From NCBI GenBank assembly GCA_012295275.1, contig CM022670.1:16554001-16618000 (forward strand): a stretch of 64,000 nucleotides of DNA. The letters run 5' to 3'. This document shows, one piece after another, positions 41,378-64,000 of the stretch. Made by a program: the position numbers and the translations under genes. The stretch's first letter is position 1; every line of letters begins with the position of its first letter. Below the pieces are notes generated by a model, which saw nothing but the letters and a program-made list of their open reading frames with translations, was not told where the DNA came from and made no database searches. This DNA is from Chrysomallon squamiferum. Lineage: Eukaryota > Animalia > Mollusca.

Positions 41378-42111
41378 CCCGTTCATTTACGGTATATAAA
41401 TAAAATCAATTGATCATTGTTATAGTATTATATAGGATTTATTTCAATTATTTATCCTTTAAAAACATTACATGCAACAAAAAGGTGTTAGTTAACATTT
41501 TTGTTTGAAAAAAATGCAAGCAAAGCTATTGATTTAGCTTAAGAACCATGGTTCAGTGTTGGAAAACATATGTTAAGGGTATAAATCATCATTAACTCTT
41601 TTAATATTAATTAATCTTATAATCATTACTGGCTTGGCTTATAAATAAAACTGGCATATTCAGGGTTGGATTTATTAATTTATCTCTATATAAAATTTAA
41701 AATTTATGTGTGGGGGAGAGAGACATACAGACAAAAAGACAGCCATGTTTTTATTTCTTCTTTATTATATAATGCCCAGTTTCTTATAATGATCTCTGAA
41801 CACAGTACATAACTGATGACAATTTTTACATTATATAAAACATAAATTAATGTTACACAAACTTGTAAATTTATTATAAAATCATCGATCTACATCAGTG
41901 AATCACATCATGCTTGAGAATCACCTTGTAACAAACTCTTTCATTCTTGAAATCCAGAACTGATAATCCGTCGAAAGAATGCGTGGTTCTATTTTTGTGT
42001 GTATTAACATCACTTGATATTCCTCTTGCGAAGTTCAGTAACTCTTCGTGACTTTTGTCAGTAACGTAACGTGTTTTATTATTATTTTTATTATTATTAT
42101 TATTTTTTAAA

Positions 42112-52653
<10,542 letters not shown>

Positions 52654-53095
52654 AGGAATAAAAATACTAGCTGACTTTTCGTAACCAGACACATTCACAA
52701 TTGTGTACAAAACGAAAAGTTTCCATTTTTATACACCGATTGCATTTTTTTTGGTTGTTTTCTCTTTCTTTTTTCTTTAAAACCGTTGTTACTTATAAAC
52801 AGAACTCGGGAAAGATTTTAGAGAAATTAACGCTTGCGGAGTAACAACATGCCTTATGTGTGTTTTGAACTGAATTATGTCAACGAGTCTGAGTGGATGT
52901 GACAAGTTTTCTTCCACTCATCTCATCACAAAGCCATTCTGCTCCACTGCACGTTCAGTTTGACATTGACCTTCATCTAACCCTTTACAATGACATTTTT
53001 TTATTTATGTGTTTGTTCTTATCGTTTGAATCACACTTTTTATATATATATTGAAAAAGAGAGGGACAATGAGAGAGCCATAGAGAGGGAGAAAG

Positions 53096-53151
<56 letters not shown>

Positions 53152-53163
53152 ATATATATAGAT

Positions 53164-53208
<45 letters not shown>

Positions 53209-53213
53209 GAGAG

Positions 53214-53259
<46 letters not shown>

Positions 53260-54332
53260 GTTCCGGACAAGAGAAGGAGACTGGTATGAATTTTTCATCA
53301 CAAATACAGGGGAATGAAAACTTGTAATAATTCTGCCTCTGAATATTAGCAAATTCTACAGGAATTGAAAAAAAAGTGTCTTTATTAGTAACTTGTTTTC
53401 TTTCTGTCACACACCAAACTAAACAATTTAATGTTAAGGGTTTTTTTGTGGTTTTCTTCTTTTTTTTCCTTCTTCTTTTTTTTTTTTTAGGGATTTTTTT
53501 CCGATTTGTATTCCATCATTTTAATATGAAAATATTTCGTAGTCTAAACTTGTTCTCTTCAATGTATATAATAATCATATTTTTAATATATCTAATTCTC
53601 ATGCTTATTGTATTATGGTTAACTTCATCATGTATTTTTTTTTTGATCAGTATATATAATAATCATATGTTAAATATATCTTATTCTCATGTTACGTTTT
53701 GTTTTTCAGTAATAAAATATCACTGATTATCTTTTATCACAGTATAAAACAAAATCCTTGGATGGTAGTCTTTGGGAATGGATGAGTTGATAAATGAAAA
53801 CTAGAACTTCCATAAAAAGTAGCATTTTCAAACCATTCATAATATTCAAAGAGTCTTTTATTTGTTCAAGTGTCAGCTTGTCTAAAAACGAGTTAAATTA
53901 TTGAACACGTTTTGTTTGTAATTATTAAATGGTGCGTTTCCAATACTTATTATAAAAATGAGTTTGATTATTACAACAAAACATTTACTGAAGCAGTTTA
54001 GCCAAATAACTGAAGAACTGTTAATTCTGCATTAGTTTGAAACAATAACAGGCATCAATCAATAACCATGTAGGTAAACATAACATACATTAGTTTCACT
54101 TATTTCTAAAATAAACTAGAAAATATTGTCATCGAGTTTTTATTCATATAGATTATTTTGGTTATGTGAAAGTAATTAACTGAGTGTGAATAAGCAAAAC
54201 ACTCATTAGTTTTCTTTATATTGCGATAATACCATAATGATATTAAATAATTTGTCATATAAACATATACATTGGATTATTTTAAATAAAAAACAAACAA
54301 CAGCGTTAACAGCAATAACAATAAAAATAACG

Positions 54333-54369
<37 letters not shown>

Positions 54370-55867
54370 GAAGAAGAAGAAGAAGAAGAAGAAACAGAAA
54401 AAAGTACACAAATATATAAATAAAATAATAATAAAATAAAACAAAATAAAATAAATTTTAATTTTTTTTTGAAAGTATAGTGTTTACAGTTACACGTATC
54501 ACTTGTTACATGTAACTTAACTGAAGACTTACTTCGTTTGTTTTGATATTTTTAGTTTTTAACTTTTGTTAAAGCCTTTTCTTGTTGTCTCATTAGGTAA
54601 CCCCAGACCTCACTTAATCCTTCTTAATAGACTCACTTGTAGTAATATTTACACTCACCAAAGTCACTCTAATATTATTTCACTCAGATACCCTATTAAA
54701 TTAATATTGTACATCACTATTATGAAAAGAAGTTATCCTCAAATTCATTACTTTACAAAATAAAACCATGAAGCAAAATTTATTATTAAAATATTTAACG
54801 CACGACCACATCGCGCGTTCAGTTAGTATTGTTTCTGTGTTCGTTTGCATCACTGGGTTCATTTAATACGAGTACTGTACATAAAAAACTAGAAAATGAC
54901 CGTTTAACAGCTATCACGGAGTCATTGTGTTAACGTACACTACGTAAAATGGCCGTCCTTAAACAGAATCTATTAATGCCTCAATAACGTCCGACAAAAT
55001 TAATTGGTTCATTTGTTTGGCATTTTCCAATGTCCATCTAGATGTATATCCACCAACGTGTTTATTTTTCTTAAATTAGAAAAACCATGTTCGATTGAAT
55101 GAAATATACCTTTATGCCCAATATTGTAATAAAATTAGATAAAATTTCTTTCCTTTTGCTTGAAACTGTTTTAAAATTGTTACTTAGTAAAAGTAATAAA
55201 TAATATTAATAACTGTTTTATTTTGACTTTAATGGGAATCATAAAGGGATGAAGTAAATTTTCGTGGAAACATGTAAACGCAGCCATTATTTATATGCAG
55301 AAATTTAAATCACATGGGTTCATTGTTAGAAAATTATGCAAAAATCATATATGTTACGTAATTGTTCAGATTTTACGTAATCACAATGAAATTTGTGTAG
55401 TGTCAGTGAAGTTAAAGCGCTGCGGATTACAAGATCAGAAAGTCTGCGCACCCCTGGTTTAGGGTGTGTTGATCTTGTTGCTTCTGAATCTTCTAATTAG
55501 ATTTTTAATTCATTTGGACAGACAAAGACAAGTTATTCATATACAAAATATGGGCAACACAATATTCAGCAACAGGGCCGCCAACTTTACACATATTTTT
55601 TAGAAATCTTTCCGCTTCTCATGAAGTATCGTACGTGCAGTCAGAAAGGAATTTTGATATTTTTGTTTCAGTTGTGTTGGAGAGACTTAAAGGGGAAGCT
55701 TGTCTAAACGTTTCTTGAAACAAACGGTTGTGAGCTGTGAGCAGTATTCATAATACATTTACCACGTCTTTTGATCTGATAATCCAAAGTTTGTTACTTC
55801 TGATATAATACTACATCACCGTCCTTCAGATAACTTTACCTGTGCTATGTTTTCACCACAGAATAAT

Positions 55868-55905
<38 letters not shown>

Positions 55906-56241
55906 ATGGTATTGTTTGCAGTAAGCTTAAAATACTTTGTTAAAGCGGAGATACATCATTATTCATTCATATTTTAGAAAAAATTTTTACGATGATTTAG
56001 TTATCAATAAACGTCCTTTAAACTGAATGCCTTTGCTCATAGAGCTTCTAGAAAGTTAAATGTATCAGATGATAAATCAGCATTATTTGTTATTTCATTT
56101 GCAGTTTATATGCAGTAAATAAATATATTATGTAATTTAAATATTCATGAAATAGCGACAATAATAATAATAATAATAATAATAACAATAACAATAACAA
56201 AATAAATAATGATATTACTACTACTACTGCTGATGCTACTG

Positions 56242-56360
<119 letters not shown>

Positions 56361-57477
56361 TAAATATATAAATAAATAAATAAACACTTACATTTAATTC
56401 GGAGTCCACCGCATTTGAAGGCCATGCCATTTTCATTTACTTGTTAGATCAACAAATGTTGAATTTTAAGCTCTGTTTGTTTTTGAACGATTACAACAAA
56501 TTTATTAATGTCTTCTTCTTTTTCTTTCTTTTTTTTCACGATACGGAAATAATAAAATTTAATATATTATTACAATAATAATAAAATATGTATATATATA
56601 TATATTACTTATGTCTTTTGGTGAGAGAAACTTTAAGTAAAAGCAGCAGTCAATGTGAGTCAGTCGGGTAAATATGATCTATGACCTATGTGATGAACCA
56701 GCAAGAATTCTGTAATAAATAGAGTGCCAAAGGCTGTTACGTCCAATGAGAAAGCGAGTGCAATAATAGCCAATTAGTTCCAGCCCGTGTAGAATTCATA
56801 TGTCCGAACACATTTCAGTTTTTTTATCATGGCACAATCAATATTTCTTATTTATCCCAGTGTTGTTTATTTTGTTTTATTATGTTTTCCGTATGTATTA
56901 TTGTTGTTGTTGTTATTATTATTGCAGCCATTTCTGAAGGAAAGAATACTATTTGGTTTTTGTTCATTATCAGCTATTGAACGGAGGCTAAACACACGTC
57001 GAGGTAAGCTGATTGGTATTTGGTCTAATACGTACCGTTGTGTTTATTACGTAAGGTGTAAAACGTCAGTTGAAGGTGTCGATGTAAACTAGTACATATT
57101 ACAATCTGCAGGCTGAATTCAAATATACAGTCACACCAGTTATTACCAGACCTCTCTTTCAGACACCTCTACACACGTCGCCGGCAAAAGCACGTGCATG
57201 AAATCCAAGCACACGCTGCAAACACAACACACCCCTGTTTCACTGAAATATAATTACATCGTAATTTAGCCACAGTTGTGTAATATTTACAAAATTATCA
57301 ATCAAGCAAAATGTAATCGTTTGACGGCTTTTTAACCTATTTCTTTGTCGTGTTAGTATAAGAGAAAGAAACAGGTTAAAAAGCCGGATAATCGGTCGTA
57401 AAAAAAATTACATCAAGCTGAATATAATCACTGAAATTTAAAAAAAGAAATGACCGAAGTTAGTAATAATAATAATC

Positions 57478-57543
<66 letters not shown>

Positions 57544-58417
57544 AATAAATAAATAAAATAACTACTGCTGTTACTACTACTACCACTACCACTATTACTA
57601 CTACCCCTACTACTAGTACTATTATAACTGATATTACAACTACAACTATTACTATTATTACCACTGTTATTAATACCACAACTGCCACAATTACTATTAT
57701 TATTACAACTATTACTACCACCACTACTTCTACTAGTACTTATTACTACTAAATAAAATAAAATAAAACAAAAATGCTTCATAAGAAAAGAATAAAAACA
57801 AACAGACCTATTTTCTTAAAACGACGCTTAAAATAATAACTAAATCATAAACTTTTTTTTTTTTTTTTTTTATCTTATAAGCTGGGTTTAAAGTATTTAC
57901 AACTTGATGAATAACACAACGGAAACCAGGTTTGTGTGATCGGTTATTTTAGTAGGTAATAATTTCGCACTGTATCTCCGCTCCATTGTTTCTGGACACA
58001 TTCACACTGGCCAACCTTTTGTTACCGGCCTTGCTCGTCCAAACACGATTTCTCTGCTGTTATATGCTTTCTCAAGTTAACACAATGGAATAAACTATTT
58101 CACGTGTCCTGGCATAACTCCAGTGAACGACACGCTTGAATGGTGGTCAGCAAGAGTGAGATATGATAACAACTTTGTGTTAGCCGCTGTCAGATGCTAA
58201 AGAAAATTACCCAAATTAAGTCAACGTTGTGAAAGCGTAGCCAGTGATTCAGTAGCTGTGAAATTACTCAGTGTCTGGTAACACTATCTTATACGAAATA
58301 CCATAGTACATGCACAGTGTTTGTTATACTTCATGGTCAATAATGTTAAATGCACAGTGCTTGTCATACTTCGTAGTCAGTAATGTTAAATGCAGTGTTC
58401 TTTTCGCTTTGTAATCA

Positions 58418-58455
<38 letters not shown>

Positions 58456-59024
58456 CTGTTTTTTACTGAAAAAAGCAAACTCAAAACCTGATTGAAAATG
58501 TCATCTTTATTTATCTTTTTATTTTAACCTATCAGAACAGAAGTAAACAATGACAAAAATGTCGTCTTCCAAAAAATTTTGAAAAAGAAAAGGAAAGAAA
58601 AGTAATGTAATAATTAATTTCATACAACTTATTCAGATTGGTGTTGATAACTTTAATATTGTAAAGTTTCATAAAAGATAAATAAAATAAAATAAAATAA
58701 GATGAAACCGCTACGCACTATGGTTATACCGGATATTTTTCATAATCAGTAATGGTTAAAAAAAATTGTTTTATTATTATTATACTTCTATTCAGTAACA
58801 TTAAATACAGTGTTTGCTAAACCAGATATACTTCATAGTCAGTAATGCTTATCCCTTTTATTTTTTATTTATTATTATTTTTTTATACTTCTTATCAGTA
58901 ATAATAAAAATCAGGGTTTTCTGTATCAGATTATGTTTCATAATCAGAAATGGTTAAACAAAAAGATTTTTTGTTCTTTTTTTTTAGTTCTTTTAATTAT
59001 TATACTTCTTATTAGTAATATTAA

Positions 59025-59080
<56 letters not shown>

Positions 59081-60400
59081 TAGCTGTATACACACACATG
59101 CGTGATCTTGCATGTGGTTGCGCTAATTCTAATCTTACCGTAATTTCGGGTTCCACAATGTTGTTATCCCAAACCATCTGGAATGCTTATTTAACAGTCC
59201 TTTTCTCTGTTGGAATATTTGTAAATTTAAATAAACATCATTGTTCTAAACATGTTGCTTAACACAGAGAAACTTCACAAACATTCTTTAGAAAATAGAT
59301 TTTAATCAGCTGTGACTTTGGTACGTTGGGAAGAGAAAGCCGTTGTTATCTCAAGTCAGCTTAGATTAAAACTAATGTCTAATCCTTCACTCTCTAAACA
59401 TTCATTTATAATTAAAAAAATCTTCGTCAAACAACAGCTCAGTATTGTTCACCAATCTGTAAACACATATATTATCCTCAAATGCATTTCTGTAAATACA
59501 TTCTTTCGAGCCAAATGAAAATTGCAGCTTATCGAACCAATTCCCAGTTCGCTAGTTCTGTAACTTATCGTTCAAAACAACTTATCGGACTCATGGACAA
59601 CAGCCCATATACAGAGAGTGTAGTAATTTAGGAGTGTATTGTTAATTTACAAGCTATCGTTGTTGGTGGTGTTGACGTTGTTAACAATAGTTCTTTCTGT
59701 CACTAAAAATAGCATTTCCAAACCAACATCAGTCTCAAAAATATTATTAATAGCCGTGGTATTTAGCGAAAATAAATATAAATAAAATAAAATAAAATAA
59801 ACAATGAAACAAAATGTATGTCACATGCATTGGAATATAAGTTTATTACTGTCATTCATTCAAAAGTTAATAAATAAAAAACAAATAAAAATATAAAAAT
59901 CATTAATTTATTGCGAATGCAAAAAGGGAAATAATCCAGGCCTGATATTTTAATGTATTCCCAGTTATTTCCCTTACACAGTGAAAGTCAGATAAGAAAA
60001 AATAGTTATGATCATAAACTGTTCAGTGTGTATAAAAATACATTTCATACATGCTTATAAGACGTAACTTAACATCAGTGGTGAACCCAAAATTATAAAT
60101 ATATATAAAAAAGCAGCAGCATAAAACAACAACAAAATAATAATACAAAAAAATAAAAAAAACAGCTTATCTGTCTTTATTCAGTCTTAGAAAATGGTTA
60201 ACTTTAATCCACTCATCTTTTAGTTTCATTATAATTATCATCATTTTCATTATAATCATCGTCATTACCATAAGATACTTACTAGATGAGTATTATTGTC
60301 ATGTTCATCATTATCATCCTAAGATTAATATATATATTATGATGGAATCTGTCGCGTTATCAAACCTGTCATGATTGTTTTACTGTTGAAAAATCGATTA

Positions 60401-60965
60401 TTACACACTCCACAGCTGTAAAATTTGTGAGATGTATAAATTAAAAATAAATACCGTTACACACTTCACAACTGTATAAATTGTGAGATGCATAAATTAT
60501 AAAAAAATACTGTTTCACATTTCACAGCTGTTATATGTGAGATAAATAAATTAAATTTAAATACCGTTACACACTTCATAGCTGTATAATTTGTGAGATG
60601 TATAATTTACAAACAAATACCGTTCCACATTTCATAGCTGTATAATTTGTTGAATGCATAAATTAAATTTAAATATCGTTACACATTTCACAGCTGTATA
60701 ATTTGTGAGATATATAACTAAAAATAAATACCGTTACACACTTCACAGCTGTATAATTTGTGAGATCTATAAATTTAAAAATCGTTAAACATTTCACAGC
60801 TGTATAATTTGTGAGATGTGTAAATTAAAAAAAAAAACATTAAAAATTTCACAGCTGTCTAAATTGTGAGATAAATAAATTAAATTTAAATATGGTTATA
60901 CATTTCACAGCTGTATAATTTGTGAGATGTGTAAATTAAAAATAAATATCGTTATACATTTTACT
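60401..60965. repeat. 56-bp minisatellite, about 10 units
   Basis: Unit TTACACAYTTCACAGCTGTATAATTTGTGAGATGTATAAATTAAAAATAAATACCG, first units at 60401, 60457, 60513. Confidence 0.92.
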
Positions 60966-63900
60966 GCTTTATGTGTATCGTTTTTGAAATTTGTGGATTA
61001 AAAATGAATATTATTACACGTGTCACAAACTGTGTAACAAGTGAAATTGGTAAAAATAAATATTGATTTATTAACCGACTGAGAAGTTCGTAACAATCTG
61101 TTTAATGTGAAACTGATTTCTTTGCGATTACGTAATGTGCTGTTTGCATGATTGGATTAATTAAACCGGTCTCAAAACCAAAATAGAAAGTATTAGGCCA
61201 GATAACTGTTTATTTCTTTTTTTTTTTTCTCTCTTTTTTCCATTTAAATTATTGTTATGTTTTTCTCGAACGGTATTTAAGGTAAAATAATTAAATGAAG
61301 TTCTGAATTTATAAAAAATTAGCAACAATTTAAAGAAACGAAAAAAACTGAAAGGAAAGAAAAAAGTTATTATCAGTTTTTAATTATCAGATTATTACAC
61401 TGATTATGAGTTTTATGCCAGAAGTATAATTATATCAAGTGAATGTGGGTTTTTTTTTTTTTAAATTTATTTATCAATTTATTGTCTGGTGTATATTCAT
61501 GATTCTTCAACATTTGCATATGAAAACAGTACAGTGATTCACTGACTCTGTATTGAGACTGGCGGCTAAAATATATGCTATTGCTCTCTTAAGCATGATG
61601 GTTTTAATTTTAATATTCAGACATAAACGAACTGCTTATCACTTGTTTTTGAATTTCGCCAGGAACACTACATTAACATAATTACACCGGCAATTCTTCA
61701 GATCGGTGTATATTACCTTCTGTATTGCTAACATTTGTACTACGTGATGTCCAAACACTGTGTCACTAGAGATAATCAAAACCATTTCTTCTGCATCAAC
61801 GTCTGACTCAGTGTTTTGACGCTTGGTAGATTACAAAGATAATTATAACTCGAACTAGCAAGTAAATATAACTCTACTATAAGCTTGTAGCCTTAGTCGT
61901 GTCGAAGCGAAGAAAAAGTTGGGACAGGTTTGTGACAGAAGCGATTCTTCACTGTCACAGAGTAATTCCATACACAAACACAAGATTTCCTCTGTGTGTC
62001 ATTTTCTCTATTTCCAACCATTAAAAAAAAAATGTCTAAACAGAGATCAGACACAAATAAGCAGATTTACAAAACGCTTTAAAGCACATCCCGGCCATGT
62101 ACATCAATTTGTACTCCGTAATGAATACAATATATACTTATTTTACATTCTGGCCATTACATTGCAGTTTGCTAATGTCAAAATGAAGACTGGATTAAAT
62201 TTCAAGCAGGTTAAACAATGAAGATAACCACATTTATCTTGTTGTGATGAGAACTGGTAACGATCAAAATGAATTAAATATTTTCTTAATGCAGTTAATG
62301 CGTAATTTTATATTAACCGATGTACTTGTTACAGATTTAAGTTTCAACTACAAAACGATTATAGATTTAAATTTACTATGCAGTATTTATAAAGATATTT
62401 ATTCAATAACAGTTTTCCATGCAATCGTCTGAATTATAGTTTGTTCTGTGTTATTGTCGAAATGTTACAACTGTTTTTAACTTTATTTTAATTTATGAAT
62501 AATTTTAACAACACACGCACATTAAAATTTAATCTATATCTATATATATATATATTAAATTTTAACATCGGGATCACATAAATTCCAGACGTTACAATTT
62601 TAAAATATGCCCAAGAACTGAATTCGGTTTATACACATACACACACATATATATATGATCTGAAGATGTAGCTTGTGTCTCGCTGTTTACAGACATGACG
62701 CGTGAAATACAGCATTCTGGTTTTAGAGACGAAATAACCTTTGATATAAAAACAACGTCTGTCTCAAGTGAAATATATTAAATGGGCATGTTAAAGTGGA
62801 GAAACCACAGTGCTTATTTTGAGATACAAACGCGCACTTGAAAGTTCTTGCATATTTACGTTTAGAAGATACAACTGGGAGAACTTGCTACGAAGACTGG
62901 AGTAATGCCTCTAAGACAGACAGGAATGTACACGAAATATTATATCTCTTAATAAACTGTTTGCTCTCACACAAGGGATGTCTGTTTTATTGGTGCAAAT
63001 CCTGGACGTTACATGTTTTGTTCTGTTTTATATATTATAAAATACAGCTTTCCAGATCAGGAAAAAAAAAAAAAAAAAAAAAGAGAAGAAAAACAAAAAG
63101 AAAAAAAAGATATTTTATTTTAAAATGATGATGCTGTCTGGTTTTCCTATCTGTTTTATTTATTTATTTTTTTAATTATTATTTTTTAATTATTATTGTT
63201 ATTATTATTATTATTATTTTTTATCGTCATCATCATTATTATTTTATTATCATCATTATATTATTATTATTATTATTATTATTATTAGTTTGTTATAGCT
63301 TTTTTTTGTGTGAACTGCTGAAATTTACTTCATTACAAATATTTAAAGCATTCTGTAGTTTCATATAACAAAAATACATATATTAATTATTCGTAAAGAA
63401 CAGAGAACTGCTATAGTTCTTCCTACTTCCTTCTTGTTCGACTGACTTCCTTGTGGCGACTCGCCACCTTCTCTTCCCAGTTTTGATAACACTCTTCATC
63501 CCAGACATCTTATAGTGACGATAAGAAGTCCGATCATCATGTGATCAAGCTGTTGTGACCACTGACAAGAAATGTTATTTCCCAAGTGCTTTAACAAGTG
63601 ATATTGGGTGTTATAATTTTGTCTGGTAGAGTGTTGTGAGATTTTTATGCCCGTGAGAAACTTGCCTGAACGAGATGGGTCGTAAACGTAACTTTACATT
63701 ATTCACGATTAGCACAGACGTTACCTTAACGCACCAAACCCGTAGCAGCCCAGTCTCGCGTTATTTCTCGCGCCTTGGAGGCGCACGTGATCAGAAACGT
63801 GAACGGATTAAGTCTATGCTAAACCTGTCTGTCATTTCAAAATTACTTTGTTTTAGTTCGAACACAGATTGTATGCTCGTTGTTGTTAAAATAATGTGTT

Positions 63901-64000
63901 AATGTCGGCACCATATCATTTAGTTATTAATCTAATTATACTGTGTTACTGTTGCTATTTTCTATTGTTGAAATTTGACGTCTCGTAATTTCTGCTGCAA

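Noticed and set aside
60401-60965. Regularly spaced partly palindromic repeats resembling a CRISPR array
   Set aside because: Units are contiguous with no unique spacers, no cas genes, eukaryotic context.

Overview
AT-rich, microsatellite-laden eukaryotic (metazoan, probably invertebrate/mollusc-like; taxon is inference) genomic DNA with spliceosomal GT-AG introns. 1-15439 (+): 3' ~55-60% of the multifunctional pyrimidine gene CAD (end of carbamoyl-phosphate synthetase, dihydroorotase, aspartate transcarbamylase; 26 exons traced in frame plus a candidate microexon). 17889-23203 (-): complete 9-exon HMCES/SRAP abasic-site crosslinking gene (326 aa, Cys2/Glu/His intact), convergent with CAD. 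About 18801-39493 is tandemly duplicated at about 39942-56969; each unit carries a 13-exon DEG/ENaC-family ion-channel gene on the minus strand (about 540 aa), and the second unit carries a pseudogenised HMCES fragment. Several DNA-transposon relics (two hAT MITEs, a Tigger/pogo derivative, a FLYWCH/MULE fragment, a piggyBac-like MITE) and minisatellites are present. Most notable: the two channel paralogs carry QG instead of the conserved pre-TM1 HG motif and differ mainly in the extracellular finger/thumb exons; tandem repeats seeded exactly on splice junctions occur four times; one CAD exon begins with a perfect recursive-splicing donor; the duplication junction has templated insertions. All coordinates and counts were read by eye.
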